Below the pieces are notes generated by a model. The model worked only from the letters and a program-made list of their open reading frames with translations. It ran no database searches and was not told the DNA's origin. Shown here piece after piece: positions 1-13,812 of a stretch of DNA of 64,000 bases (position 1 is the first letter of the stretch; each line of letters opens with the position of its first letter). Both the position numbers and the translations under genes were made by a program. Source of the DNA: Eledone cirrhosa (Eukaryota); the NCBI GenBank assembly GCA_964016885.1, contig OZ024764.1, positions 4,216,001 through 4,280,000 on the forward strand, written 5' to 3'.

Positions 1-3000
1 TATCTCTCTCTTTAGATGTTTCTAGACTTTAAGCTGCTTCTAGACTTTCGTGAGATGTCACTCTCCCTCTCTGAATATCTAACACTTTAGTATCTCTCTC
101 TGTATAACTGCCTATCTCTCTCTTTAGATGTTTCTAGACTTTAAGCTGCTTCTAGACTTTCGTGGGACGTAACTCTCTCTCTCTCTGAAAATCTAACACT
201 TTAGTATCTCTCTCTGTATAACTGCCTATCTCTCTCTTTAGATGTTTCTAGACTTTAAGCTGTTTCTAGACTTTCGTGAGACATCACTCTCTCTCTCTGA
301 ATATCTAACACTTTAGTATCTCTCTCTGTATAACTGCCTATCTCTCTCTTTAGATGTTTCTAGACTTTAAGCTGCTTCTAGACTTTCGTGGGACGTAACT
401 CTCTCTCTGTATAACTGCCTATCTCTCTCTTTAAATGTTTCTAGACTTTAAGCTGCTTCTAGACTTTCGTGGGACATAACTCTCTCTCTGTATAACTGCC
501 TATCTCTCTCTTTAGATGTTTCTAGACTTTAAGCTGCTTCTAGACTTTCGTGAGATGTCACTCTCTCTCTCTGAATATCTAACACTTTAGTATCTCTCTC
601 TGTATAATTGCCTATCTGTCTCTTTAGATGTTTCTAGACTTTAAGCTGCTTCTAGACTTTCGTGGCATATCACTCTCTCTCTCTGAAAATCTAACACTTT
701 AGTATCTCTCTCTGTATAACTGCCTATCTCTCTCTTTAGATGTTTCTAGACTTTAAGCTGTTTCTAGACTTTCTTGAGACATCACTCTCTCTCTATGAAT
801 ATCTAACACTTTAGTATCTCTCTCTGTATAACTGCCTATCTCTCTCTTTAAATGTTTCTAGATTTTAAGCTGCTTCTAGACTTTCGTGGGACTTAACTCT
901 CTCTCTCTGAATATCTAACACTTTAGTATCTCTCTCTGTATAACTGCCTATCTCTCTCTTTAGATGTTTCTAGACTTTAAGCTGTTTCTAGACTTTCGTG
1001 GGACATCACTCTCTCTCTCCGAATATCTAACACTTTAGTATCTCTCTCTGTATAACTGCCTATCTCTCTCTTTAGATGTTTCTAGACTTTAAGCTGCTTC
1101 TAGACTTTCGTGGGATGTCACTCTCTCTCTCTGAATATCTAACACTTTAGTATCTCTCTCTGTATAACTACCTATCTCTCTCTTTAGATGTTTCTAGACT
1201 TTAAGCTGCTTCTAGACTTTCGTGGGACGTAACTCTCTCTCTCTCTCTGAAAATCTAACACTTTAGTATCTCTCTCTGTATAACTGCCTATCTCTCTCTT
1301 TAGATGTTTCTAGACTTTAAGCTGCTTCTAGACTTTCGTGGGACATCACTCTCTCTCTCTGAATATCTAACACTTTAGTATCTCTCTCTGTATAACTGCC
1401 TATCTCTCTCTTTAGATGTTTCTAGACTTTAAGCTGCTTCTAGACTTTCGTGGGACGTAACTCTCTCTCTGTATAACTGCCTATCTCTCTCTTTAGATGT
1501 TTCTAGACTTTAAGCTGCTTCTAGACTTTCGTGGGACATCACTCTCTCTCTCTGAATATCTAACACTTTAGTATCTCTCTCTGTATAACTGCCTATCTCT
1601 CTCTTTAGATGTTTCTAGACTTTAAGCTGCTTCTAGACTTTCGTGGGACATCACTCTCTCTCCCTGAATATCTAACACTTTAGTATCTCTCTCTGTAAAA
1701 CTGCCTATCTCTCTCTTTAGATGTTTCTAGACTTTAAGCTGCTTCTAGACTTTCGTGAGATGTCACTCTCTCTCTCTGAATATCTAACACTTTAGTATCT
1801 CTCTCTGTATAATTGCCTATCTCTCTCTTTAGATGTTTCTAGACTTTAAGCTGCTTCTAGACTTTCGTGGGATGTCACTCTCTCTCTCTGAATATCTAAC
1901 ACTTTAGTATCTCTCTCTGTATAACTGCCTATCTCTCTCTTTAGATGTTTCTAGACTTTAAGCTGCTTCTAGACTTTCGTGGGACGTAACTCTCTCTCTC
2001 TCTGAAAATCTAACACTTTAGTATCTCTCTCTGTATAACTGCCTATCTCTCTCTTTAGATGTTTCTAGACGTTAAGCTGTTTCTAGACTTTCGTGAGACA
2101 TCACTCTCTCTCTCTGAATATCTAACACTTTAGTATCTCTCTCTGTATAACTGCCTATCTCTCTCTTTAGATGTTTCTAGACTTTAAGCTGCTTCTAGAC
2201 GTTCGTGGGACATAACTCTCTCTCTGTATAACTGCCTATCTCTCTCTTTAGATGTTTCTAGACTTTAAGCTGCTTCTAGACTTTCGTGAGATGTCACTCT
2301 CCCTCTCTGAATATCTAACACTTTAGTATCTCTCTCTGTATAACTGCCTATCTCTCTCTTTAGATGTTTCTAGACTTTAAGCTGCTTCTAGACTTTCGTG
2401 GGACGTAACTCTCTCTCTCTCTGAAAATCTAACACTTTAGTATCTCTCTCTGTATAACTGCCTATCTCTCTCTTTAGATGTTTCTAGACTTTAAGCTGTT
2501 TCTAGACTTTCGTGAGACATCACTCTCTCTCTCTGAATATCTAACACTTTAGTATCTCTCTCTGTATAACTGCCTATCTCTCTCTTTAGATGTTTCTAGA
2601 CTTTAAGCTGCTTCTAGACTTTCGTGGGACGTAACTCTCTCTCTGTATAACTGCCTATCTCTCTCTTTAAATGTTTTTAGACTTTAAGCTGCTTCTAGAC
2701 TTTCGTGGGACATAACTCTCTCTCTGTATAACTGCCTATCTCTCTCTTTAGATGTTTCTAGACTTTAAGCTGCTTCTAGACTTTCGTGAGATGTCACTCT
2801 CTCTCTCTGAATATCTAACACTTTAGTATCTCTCTCTGTATAATTGCCTATCTCTCTCTTTAGATGTTTCTAGACTTTAAGCTGCTTCTAGACTTTCGTG
2901 GCATATCACTCTCTCTCTCTGAAAATCTAACACTTTAGTATCTCTCTCTGTATAACTGCCTATCTCTCTCTTTAGATGTTTCTAGACTTTAAGCTGTTTC

Positions 3001-6000
3001 TAGACTTTCTTGAGACATCACTCTCTCTCTATGAATATCTAACACTTTAGTATCTCTCTCTGTATAACTGCCTATCTCTCTCTTTAAATGTTTCTAGACT
3101 TTAAGCTGCTTCTAGACTTTCGTGGGACGTAACTCTCTCTCTCTGAATATCTAACACTTTAGTATCTCTCTCTGTATAACTGCCTATCTCTCTCTTTAGA
3201 TGTTTCTAGACTTTAAGCTGTTTCTAGACTTTCGTGGGACATCACTCACTCTCTCCGAATATCTAACACTTTAGTATCTCTCTCTGTATAACTGCCTATC
3301 CCTCTCATTAGATGTTTCTAGACTTTAAGCTGTTTCTAGACTTTCGTGGGATGTCACTCTCTCTCTCTGAATATCTAACACTTTAGTATCTCTCTCTGTA
3401 TAACTGCCTATCTCTCTCTTTAGATGTTTCTAGACTTTAAGCTGTTTCTAGACTTTCGTGGGACATCACTCTGTCTCTCTGAATATCTAACACTTTAGTA
3501 TCTCTCTCTGTATAACTGCCTATCCCTCTCTTTAGATGTTTCTAGACTTTAAGCTGTTTCTAGACTTTCGTGGGACATCACTCTCTCTCTCTGAATATCT
3601 AACATTTAGTATCTCTCTTTGTATAACTGCCTATCTCTCTCTTTAGATGTTTCTAGACTTTAAGCTGCTTCTAGGCTTTCGTGGGACGTAACTCTCTCTC
3701 TGTATAACTGCCTATCTCTCTCTTTAGATGTTTCTAGAATTTAAGCTGCTTCTAGACTTTCGTGGGACATCACTCTCTCTCTCTGAATATCTAACACTTT
3801 AGTATCTCTCTCCGTATAACTGCCTATCTCTCTCTTTCGATGTTTCTAGACTTTAAGCTGCTTCTAGACTTTCGTGGGACGTAACTCTCTCTCTATATAA
3901 CTGCCTATCTCTCTCTTTAAATGTTTCTAGACTTTAAGCTGCTTCTAGACTTTCGTGGGACGTAACTCTCTCTCTGTATAACTGCCTATCTCTCTCTTTA
4001 GATGTTTCTAGACTTTAAGCTGTTTCTAGACTTTCGTGGCATATCACTCTCTCTCTCTGAATATCTAACATTTAGTATCTCTCTCTGTATAACTGCCTAT
4101 CCCTCTCTTTAGATGTTTCTAGACTTAAAGCTGTTTCTAGACTTTCGTGGGACATCACTCTCTCTCTCTGAATATCTAACACTTTAGTATCTCTCTCTGC
4201 ATAACTGCCTATCCCTCTCTTTAGATGTTTCTAGACTTTAAGCTGCTTCTAGACTTTCGTGGGACATCACTCTCTCTCTCTGAATATCTAACACTTTAGT
4301 ATCTCTCTTTGTATAACTGCCTATCTCTCTCTTTAGATGTTTCTAGACTTTAAGCTGCTTCTAGACTTTCGTGGGACATCACTCTCTCTCTCTGAATATC
4401 TAACACTTTAGTATCTCTCTCTGTATAACTGCCTATCTCTCTCTTTAGATGTTTCTAGACTTTAAGCTGCTTCTAGACTTTCGTGGGACATCACTCTCTC
4501 TCTCTGAATATCTAACACTTTAGTATTTCTCTCTGTATAACTGCCTATCTCTCTCTTTAGATGTTTCTAGACTTTAAGCTGTTTCTAGACTTTCGTGGGA
4601 CGTAACTCTCTCTCTGTATAACTGCCTATCTCTCTCTTTAGATGTTTCTAGACTTTAAGCTGTTTCTAGACTTTCGTGGGACATCACTCTCTCTCTCTGA
4701 ATATCTAACACTTTAGTATCTCTCTCTGTATAACTGCCTATCCCTCTCTTTAGATGTTTCTAGACTTTCGTGGGACGTAACTCTCTCTCTGTATAACTGC
4801 CTATCTCTCTCTTTAGATGTTTCTAGACTTTAAGCTGTTTCTAGACTTTCGTGGGACATCACTCTCTCTCTCTGAAAATCTAACACTTTAGTATCTCTCT
4901 CTGTATAACTGCCTATCTCTCTCTTTAGATGTTTCTAGACTTTAAGCTGCTTCTAGACTTTCGTGGGACATCACTCTCTCTCTCTGAATATCTAACACTT
5001 TAGTATCTCTCTCTGTATAACTGCCTATCTCTCTCTTTAGATGTTTCTAGACTTTAAGCTGCTTCTAGACTTTCGTGGGACGTAACTCTCTCTCTGTATA
5101 ACTGCCTATCTCTCTCTTTAGATGTTTCTAGACTTTAAGCTGCTTCTAGACTTTCGTGGGACATCACTCTCTCTCTCTGAATATCTAACACTTTAGTATC
5201 TCTCTCTGTATAACTGCCTATCTCTCTCTTTAGATGTTTCTAGACTTTAAGCTGCTTCTAGACTTTCGTGGGACATCACTCTCTCTCCCTGAATATCTAA
5301 CACTTTAGTATCTCTCTCTGTAAAACTGCCTATCTCTCTCTTTAGATGTTTCTAGACTTTAAGCTGCTTCTAGACTTTCGTGAGATGTCACTCTCTCTCT
5401 CTGAATATCTAACACTTTAGTATCTCTCTCTGTATAATTGCCTATCTCTCTCTTTAGATGTTTCTAGACTTTAAGCTGCTTCTAGACTTTCGTGGGATGT
5501 CACTCTCTCTCTCTGAATATCTAACACTTTAGTATCTCTCTCTGTATAACTGCCTATCTCTCTCTTTAGATGTTTCTAGACTTTAAGCTGCTTCTAGACT
5601 TTCGTGGGACGTAAATCTCTCTCTCTCTGAAAATCTAACACTTTAGTATCTCTCTCTGTATAACTGCCTATCTCTCTCTTTAGATGTTTCTAGACGTTAA
5701 GCTGTTTCTAGACTTTCGTGAGACATCACTCTCTCTCTCTGAATATCTAACACTTTAGTATCTCTCTCTGTATAACTGCCTATCTCTCTCTTTAGATGTT
5801 TCTAGACTTTAAGCTGCTTCTAGACGTTCGTGGGACATAACTCTCTCTCTGTATAACTGCCTATCTCTCTCTTTAGATGTTTCTAGACTTTAAGCTGCTT
5901 CTAGACTTTCGTGAGATGTCACTCTCCCTCTCTGAATATCTAACACTTTAGTATCTCTCTCTGTATAACTGCCTATCTCTCTCTTTAGATGTTTCTAGAC

Positions 6001-9000
6001 TTTAAGCTGCTTCTAGACTTTCGTGGGACGTAACTCTCTCTCTCTCTGAAAATCTAACACTTTAGTATCTCTCTCTGTATAACTGCCTATCTCTCTCTTT
6101 AGATGTTTCTAGACTTTAAGCTGTTTCTAGACTTTCGTGAGACATCACTCTCTCTCTCTGAATATCTAACACTTTAGTATCTCTCTCTGTATAACTGCCT
6201 ATCTCTCTCTTTAGATGTTTCTAGACTTTAAGCTGCTTCTAGACTTTCGTGGGACGTAACTCTCTCTCTGTATAACTGCCTATCTCTCTCTTTAAATGTT
6301 TCTAGACTTTAAGCTGCTTCTAGACTTTCGTGGGACATAACTCTCTCTCTGTATAACTGCCTATCTCTCTCTTTAGATGTTTCTAGACTTTAAGCTGCTT
6401 CTAGACTTTCGTGAGATGTCACTCTCTCTCTCTGAATATCTAACACTTTAGTATCTCTCTCTGTATAATTGCCTATCTGTCTCTTTAGATGTTTCTAGAC
6501 TTTAAGCTGCTTCTAGACTTTCGTGGCATATCACTCTCTCTCTCTGAAAATCTAACACTTTAGTATCTCTCTCTGTATAACTGCCTATCTCTCTCTTTAG
6601 ATGTTTCTAGACTTTAAGCTGTTTCTAGACTTTCTTGAGACATCACTCTCTCTCTATGAATATCTAACACTTTAGTATCTCTCTCTGTATAACTGCCTAT
6701 CTCTCTCTTTAAATGTTTCTAGATTTTAAGCTGCTTCTAGACTTTCGTGGGACTTAACTCTCTCTCTCTGAATATCTAACACTTTAGTATCTCTCTCTGT
6801 ATAACTGCCTATCTCTCTCTTTAGATGTTTCTAGACTTTAAGCTGTTTCTAGACTTTCGTGGGACATCACTCTCTCTCTCCGAATATCTAACACTTTAGT
6901 ATCTCTCTCTGTATAACTGCCTATCTCTCTCTTTAGATGTTTCTAGACTTTAAGCTGCTTCTAGACTTTCGTGGGATGTCACTCTCTCTCTCTGAATATC
7001 TAACACTTTAGTATCTCTCTCTGTATAACTACCTATCTCTCTCTTTAGATGTTTCTAGACTTTAAGCTGCTTCTAGACTTTCGTGGGACGTAACTCTCTC
7101 TCTCTCTCTGAAAATCTAACACTTTAGTATCTCTCTCTGTATAACTGCCTATCTCTCTCTTTAGATGTTTCTAGACTTTAAGCTGCTTCTAGACTTTCGT
7201 GGGACATCACTCTCTCTCTCTGAATATCTAACACTTTAGTATCTCTCTCTGTATAACTGCCTATCTCTCTCTTTAGATGTTTCTAGACTTTAAGCTGCTT
7301 CTAGACTTTCGTGGGACGTAACTCTCTCTCTGTATAACTGCCTATCTCTCTCTTTAGATGTTTCTAGACTTTAAGCTGCTTCTAGACTTTCGTGGGACAT
7401 CACTCTCTCTCTCTGAATATCTAACACTTTAGTATCTCTCTCTGTATAACTGCCTATCTCTCTCTTTAGATGTTTCTAGACTTTAAGCTGCTTCTAGACT
7501 TTCGTGGGACATCACTCTCTCTCCCTGAATATCTAACACTTTAGTATCTCTCTCTGTAAAACTGCCTATCTCTCTCTTTAGATGTTTCTAGACTTTAAGC
7601 TGCTTCTAGACTTTCGTGAGATGTCACTCTCTCTCTCTGAATATCTAACACTTTAGTATCTCTCTCTGTATAATTGCCTATCTCTCTCTTTAGATGTTTC
7701 TAGACTTTAAGCTGCTTCTAGACTTTCGTGGGATGTCACTCTCTCTCTCTGAATATCTAACACTTTAGTATCTCTCTCTGTATAACTGCCTATCTCTCTC
7801 TTTAGATGTTTCTAGACTTTAAGCTGCTTCTAGACTTTCGTGGGACGTAACTCTCTCTCTCTCTGAAAATCTAACACTTTAGTATCTCTCTCTGTATAAC
7901 TGCCTATCTCTCTCTTTAGATGTTTCTAGACGTTAAGCTGTTTCTAGACTTTCGTGAGACATCACTCTCTCTCTCTGAATATCTAACACTTTAGTATCTC
8001 TCTCTGTATAACTGCCTATCTCTCTCTTTAGATGTTTCTAGACTTTAAGCTGCTTCTAGACGTTCGTGGGACATAACTCTCTCTCTGTATAACTGCCTAT
8101 CTCTCTCTTTAGATGTTTCTAGACTTTAAGCTGCTTCTAGACTTTCGTGAGATGTCACTCTCCCTCTCTGAATATCTAACACTTTAGTATCTCTCTCTGT
8201 ATAACTGCCTATCTCTCTCTTTAGATGTTTCTAGACTTTAAGCTGCTTCTAGACTTTCGTGGGACGTAACTCTCTCTCTCTCTGAAAATCTAACACTTTA
8301 GTATCTCTCTCTGTATAACTGCCTATCTCTCTCTTTAGATGTTTCTAGACTTTAAGCTGTTTCTAGACTTTCGTGAGACATCACTCTCTCTCTCTGAATA
8401 TCTAACACTTTAGTATCTCTCTCTGTATAACTGCCTATCTCTCTCTTTAGATGTTTCTAGACTTTAAGCTGCTTCTAGACTTTCGTGGGACGTAACTCTC
8501 TCTCTGTATAACTGCCTATCTCTCTCTTTAAATGTTTTTAGACTTTAAGCTGCTTCTAGACTTTCGTGGGACATAACTCTCTCTCTGTATAACTGCCTAT
8601 CTCTCTCTTTAGATGTTTCTAGACTTTAAGCTGCTTCTAGACTTTCGTGAGATGTCACTCTCTCTCTCTGAATATCTAACACTTTAGTATCTCTCTCTGT
8701 ATAATTGCCTATCTCTCTCTTTAGATGTTTCTAGACTTTAAGCTGCTTCTAGACTTTCGTGGCATATCACTCTCTCTCTCTGAAAATCTAACACTTTAGT
8801 ATCTCTCTCTGTATAACTGCCTATCTCTCTCTTTAGATGTTTCTAGACTTTAAGCTGTTTCTAGACTTTCTTGAGACATCACTCTCTCTCTATGAATATC
8901 TAACACTTTAGTATCTCTCTCTGTATAACTGCCTATCTCTCTCTTTAAATGTTTCTAGACTTTAAGCTGCTTCTAGACTTTCGTGGGACGTAACTCTCTC

Positions 9001-11130
9001 TCTCTGAATATCTAACACTTTAGTATCTCTCTCTGTATAACTGCCTATCTCTCTCTTTAGATGTTTCTAGACTTTAAGCTGTTTCTAGACTTTCGTGGGA
9101 CATCACTCACTCTCTCCGAATATCTAACACTTTAGTATCTCTCTCTGTATAACTGCCTATCCCTCTCATTAGATGTTTCTAGACTTTAAGCTGTTTCTAG
9201 ACTTTCGTGGGATGTCACTCTCTCTCTCTGAATATCTAACACTTTAGTATCTCTCTCTGTATAACTGCCTATCTCTCTCTTTAGATGTTTCTAGACTTTA
9301 AGCTGTTTCTAGACTTTCGTGGGACATCACTCTGTCTCTCTGAATATCTAACACTTTAGTATCTCTCTCTGTATAACTGCCTATCCCTCTCTTTAGATGT
9401 TTCTAGACTTTAAGCTGTTTCTAGACTTTCGTGGGACATCACTCTCTCTCTCTGAATATCTAACATTTAGTATCTCTCTTTGTATAACTGCCTATCTCTC
9501 TCTTTAGATGTTTCTAGACTTTAAGCTGCTTCTAGGCTTTCGTGGGACGTAACTCTCTCTCTGTATAACTGCCTATCTCTCTCTTTAGATGTTTCTAGAA
9601 TTTAAGCTGCTTCTAGACTTTCGTGGGACATCACTCTCTCTCTCTGAATATCTAACACTTTAGTATCTCTCTCCGTATAACTGCCTATCTCTCTCTTTCG
9701 ATGTTTCTAGACTTTAAGCTGCTTCTAGACTTTCGTGGGACGTAACTCTCTCTCTATATAACTGCCTATCTCTCTCTTTAAATGTTTCTAGACTTTAAGC
9801 TGCTTCTAGACTTTCGTGGGACGTAACTCTCTCTCTGTATAACTGCCTATCTCTCTCTTTAGATGTTTCTAGACTTTAAGCTGTTTCTAGACTTTCGTGG
9901 CATATCACTCTCTCTCTCTGAATATCTAACATTTAGTATCTCTCTCTGTATAACTGCCTATCCCTCTCTTTAGATGTTTCTAGACTTAAAGCTGTTTCTA
10001 GACTTTCGTGGGACATCACTCTCTCTCTCTGAATATCTAACACTTTAGTATCTCTCTCTGCATAACTGCCTATCCCTCTCTTTAGATGTTTCTAGACTTT
10101 AAGCTGCTTCTAGACTTTCGTGGGACATCACTCTCTCTCTCTGAATATCTAACACTTTAGTATCTCTCTTTGTATAACTGCCTATCTCTCTCTTTAGATG
10201 TTTCTAGACTTTAAGCTGCTTCTAGACTTTCGTGGGACATCACTCTCTCTCTCTGAATATCTAACACTTTAGTATCTCTCTCTGTATAACTGCCTATCTC
10301 TCTCTTTAGATGTTTCTAGACTTTAAGCTGCTTCTAGACTTTCGTGGGACATCACTCTCTCTCTCTGAATATCTAACACTTTAGTATTTCTCTCTGTATA
10401 ACTGCCTATCTCTCTCTTTAGATGTTTCTAGACTTTAAGCTGTTTCTAGACTTTCGTGGGACGTAACTCTCTCTCTGTATAACTGCCTATCTCTCTCTTT
10501 AGATGTTTCTAGACTTTAAGCTGTTTCTAGACTTTCGTGGGACATCACTCTCTCTCTCTGAATATCTAACACTTTAGTATCTCTCTCTGTATAACTGCCT
10601 ATCCCTCTCTTTAGATGTTTCTAGACTTTCGTGGGACGTAACTCTCTCTCTGTATAACTGCCTATCTCTCTCTTTAGATGTTTCTAGACTTTAAGCTGTT
10701 TCTAGACTTTCGTGGGACATCACTCTCTCTCTCTGAAAATCTAACACTTTAGTATCTCTCTCTGTATAACTGCCTATCTCTCTCTTTAGATGTTTCTAGA
10801 CTTTAAGCTGTTTCTAGACTTTCGTGGGACGTCACTCTCTCTCTCTCTGAATATCTAACATTTAGTATCTCTCTCTGTATAACTGCCTATCCCTCTCTTT
10901 AGATGTTTCTAGACTTTAAGCTGCTTCTAGACTTTCGTGGGACGTAACTCTCTCTCTCTCTGAAAATCTAACATTTAGTATCTCTCTCTGTATAACTGCC
11001 TATCCCTCTCTTTAGATGTTTCTAGACTTTAAGCTGCTTCTAGACTTTCGTGGGACATCACTCTCTCTCTCTGAATATCTAACACTTTAGTATCTCTCTC
11101 TGTATAACTGCCTATCCCTCTCTTTAGATG
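1..11130. repeat. Satellite array, 112-bp monomer with an 81-bp deletion variant; truncated by window start
   Basis: Unit TATCTCTCTCTTTAGATGTTTCTAGACTTTAAGCTGCTTCTAGACTTTCGTGGGAC...GTATAACTGCC recurs at 1, 113 and onward. Two TCTAGA sites per unit. Short units lack the GAATATCTAACACTTTAG block. Confidence 0.97.
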
Positions 11131-11358
11131 TGTGTGTGTAATTTTCATCTGATTCAACCAACAAACCAGCCAATAAACATCTTTCTTTTATATTATATAT
11201 ATATATATAATTCATAATGGGTATAACTGGTCGTTCAGGTTGGTAAATGATGATCTTATGCCAAAATCTTCATTGGTAAGAATGCAACTTAGACAAACTA
11301 AACTTTCTCATCTTAGTTGTCAAGCTTCTGTTGCCCCCAATGGAGATTTTGGCAGACG

Positions 11359-11440
11359 TTAAACTATGTATAAACGGTTTTGTGGTTTCATATTCACCGT
11401 TCCATTGAGATCTCGAAGTATATTAGTGGAAAATAACTGT
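11359..11440 (-). CDS. Candidate terminal exon (QLFSTNILRDLNGTVNMKPQNRLYIV*) of an unidentified gene
   Basis: Non-repetitive island, CAG acceptor, phase compatible with the candidate exon at 15322-15520. No homology recognised and no polypyrimidine tract. Confidence 0.18.
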
Positions 11441-11487
11441 CTGTTTTATATATATATATATCTATCTATCTATTTATCTATCTATAT

Positions 11488-11832
11488 ATCATCATTTTTT
11501 TCATTTCATTTTACGTCCACTTTTCCCTGCTTGCAAGGGTGGGACGGGAACTGATTCTGGCTTGATTTCAACAGCTGGATGCCCTTCCTAACACCAACCT
11601 CATTTACAGTGAGTGCTGGATGCTTTTTTGCCGTGGCACCTCCACGACCACTTTACAGTGGAATGATAGGGACCCCAGTCCTATCATCTCATTTCTACAG
11701 CTGAGTAAACTGGAGCAATGTGAAATAAAGTGTCTTGCTCAAGGAAACAACACATCACCCTGGTCTGAAAATTGAACTCACAACCTTTCGATTGCAAGGC
11801 CAATGCTCTAACCACTAAGCTATGTGCTTTCA
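11488..11832 (-). mobile_element. tRNA-derived SINE (family B here), near full length, with RTE-derived 3' end
   Basis: Minus strand has A-box-like TAGCTTAGTGG, B-box-like GAGTTCAATT and a CTTGAGCAAGACACTTT core. The 3' end CCCACCCTTGCAAGCAGGGAAAAGTGGACGTAAAATGA matches the RTE LINE end at 12990-13040. Confidence 0.85.
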
Positions 11833-11880
11833 TTATATATGTATATATATATATACACACACATATATATATATATATAT

Positions 11881-11941
<61 letters not shown>

Positions 11942-12370
11942 TGTAGTGACCTACATTCCGTGGGCCTGGCACAATGGCACATTCCCTTTTGTAACCTCTC
12001 CTTTGTTCTGTCCTATGCCATTTTGTTTCTGTCCGCTTTTTCCCTGCTTGCAAGGGTGGGATAGGAACTGATGCTGGCTTGATTTCTACAGCTGGATGCC
12101 CTTCCTAACACCAACCAGAAACAAAATGGCGTAGGACAGAACAAAGGAGAGGCACAAAAACAAAGAAAAGAATCCCCAGTCACTGAAGAGGTCACAGAAT
12201 GTGTGACGAAAGAACTTTGACAATATATAAACAACCGTCTGGTTGTGGAGCCAACCAACCACCGGAAATTTATAAATTCCTAAATTTATAAATTTATTAT
12301 AATAAATTGAAGTGAAAGCAACTGGTGCGTGTGTTTCTTATTGGCAACATGACCCTCCCAAAGTATAACA
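11942..12370 (+). mobile_element. Possible solo LTR (TGT...ACA) inside an (AT)n tract, containing a SINE fragment
   Basis: Starts TGTAGTG, ends ATAACA, has AATAAA at 12301, and is flanked on both sides by (AT)n. No internal domains. Confidence 0.35.
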
Positions 12371-12460
12371 ATATATATATATATATATATATAAATTTAT
12401 ATATATATAAATATATATATATATAAATTTATATATATATAAATATATATATATATAAAT

Positions 12461-13040
12461 AAACTTCTTCCAACCCGTCCTAGTATCTAGAATAAGGACG
12501 GGTTGGAAGAAGTTTAGGGAGCTGCTTCCTCTGTTGACGAAGAAGGGTTTCTCCCTGCGTATGAAAGGCCGGTTGTATGATGCCTGTGTGAGGAGCGCGA
12601 TGCTGCATGGTAGTGAGACATGGGCAGCAACCGCAGAGGATATGCGATGGCTGGAGAGAAATGAGGCAAGCATGCTCCGTTGGATGTGCAGTGTAAATGT
12701 GCGTGAACGACCCAGCATAAATGTGTTGAGAGAGAAACTGTGTCTGAGAGGGATAGAATGTAGTGTACGGGAGAGGAGACTGAGGTGGTATGGACATGTG
12801 ATGCGCATGGAGGATGACCGATGGATGAAGAAGTGCCAGGAAATGCCAGTTGAAGGAAGACGTGGTAGAGGTAGACCACGAAAAACATGGGCGGAGGTGG
12901 TGAGAACAGACCTCAGATCATTGAAGCTCACGGTGGAGATGACGAGGGACCGTGACGAGTGGAGAGATGCTGTGCTGAATAAGACCCGTCCCACCCTTGC
13001 AAGCAGGGAAAAGCGGACGTAAAATGATGATGATGATGAT
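12461..13040 (+). mobile_element. 5'-truncated RTE-clade LINE (RT C-terminal region plus (ATG)n tail)
   Basis: ORF 12534-13022 has [19 protein letters not shown]...[12 protein letters not shown]...GRGRPRKTW, typical of RTE ORF ends, followed by an ATGATGATG tail. Confidence 0.92.
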
Positions 13041-13134
13041 ATATATATATATAAATTTATATATATATATAAATATTTATATATATATATATATATATAA
13101 ATATATAAATATATATATATATAAATATATAAAT

Positions 13135-13167
<33 letters not shown>

Positions 13168-13186
13168 AATATATATATATATAAAT

Positions 13187-13410
13187 ATCATCATCATTAT
13201 CATCCATTTTACGTCCGTTCTTCCACGCTAGCATGGGTTAGACGGGTTGTCCTGTTGTGGGCAGTGTCTGGTCGGCTGACCATGCCTTGCTCATACAGGA
13301 ACTGATTTTGGCTTGATTTCTACAGCTGGATGCCCTTCCTAACAACCAACCTCATTTACAGTGAGTGCTGGGTGCTTTTTTTCTGTGGCACCTCCACGTC
13401 CACTTTGCAG
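13187..13410 (-). mobile_element. SINE family B-related 3' portion
   Basis: CTGGATGCCCTTCCTAACAACCAACCTCATTTACAGTG motif and (CAT)n tail shared with 11488-11832. Confidence 0.75.
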
Positions 13411-13627
13411 TGGGAGGGGGGTGGGGGCATACTGTCTATATACTTCTGTATTACTGTGTAATGCCAGAGATCATGGTCGTGTGTCATCGCCCTTGAGAGG
13501 TGCAATTGGGTAAGGTCAGCTTTTATCACCTCATCACACACATGATGGCTGCCCCCTCGTTATCGAGTCTGGTCATTGCTCGAAAAAAAACATAATAATG
13601 ACAATAATAATAACAATAATAATAATA

Positions 13628-13812
13628 ATGGTTTCTACTTTTGGCACAAGGCCAGCAATTACCCAATACATTACTGGTACTTAATTTTATCGACCTTGTA
13701 AGGATGAAAGGCAAAGTTAACCTCGGCGGGATTTGAACTCAGACCATAAAGGGCCGTAACTCTTTGTTGCAAAGCATGGCGTCCGACCCTCTACCAATAC
13801 TGCCAATCCAGT
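13628..13812 (-). mobile_element. tRNA-derived SINE (family A here)
   Basis: Minus strand: TGGCAGTATTGG A-box, GAGTTCAAATCC B-box, GCCTTTCATCCTTAC..GGTCGATAAAAT..AGTACCAG core and (ATT)n tail. About 10 copies in the window. Confidence 0.88.

Noticed and set aside
11760-11832. tRNA gene (also 28805-28875 and SINE A heads)
   Set aside because: A/B boxes are present but the cloverleaf is degenerate and continues into SINE bodies.
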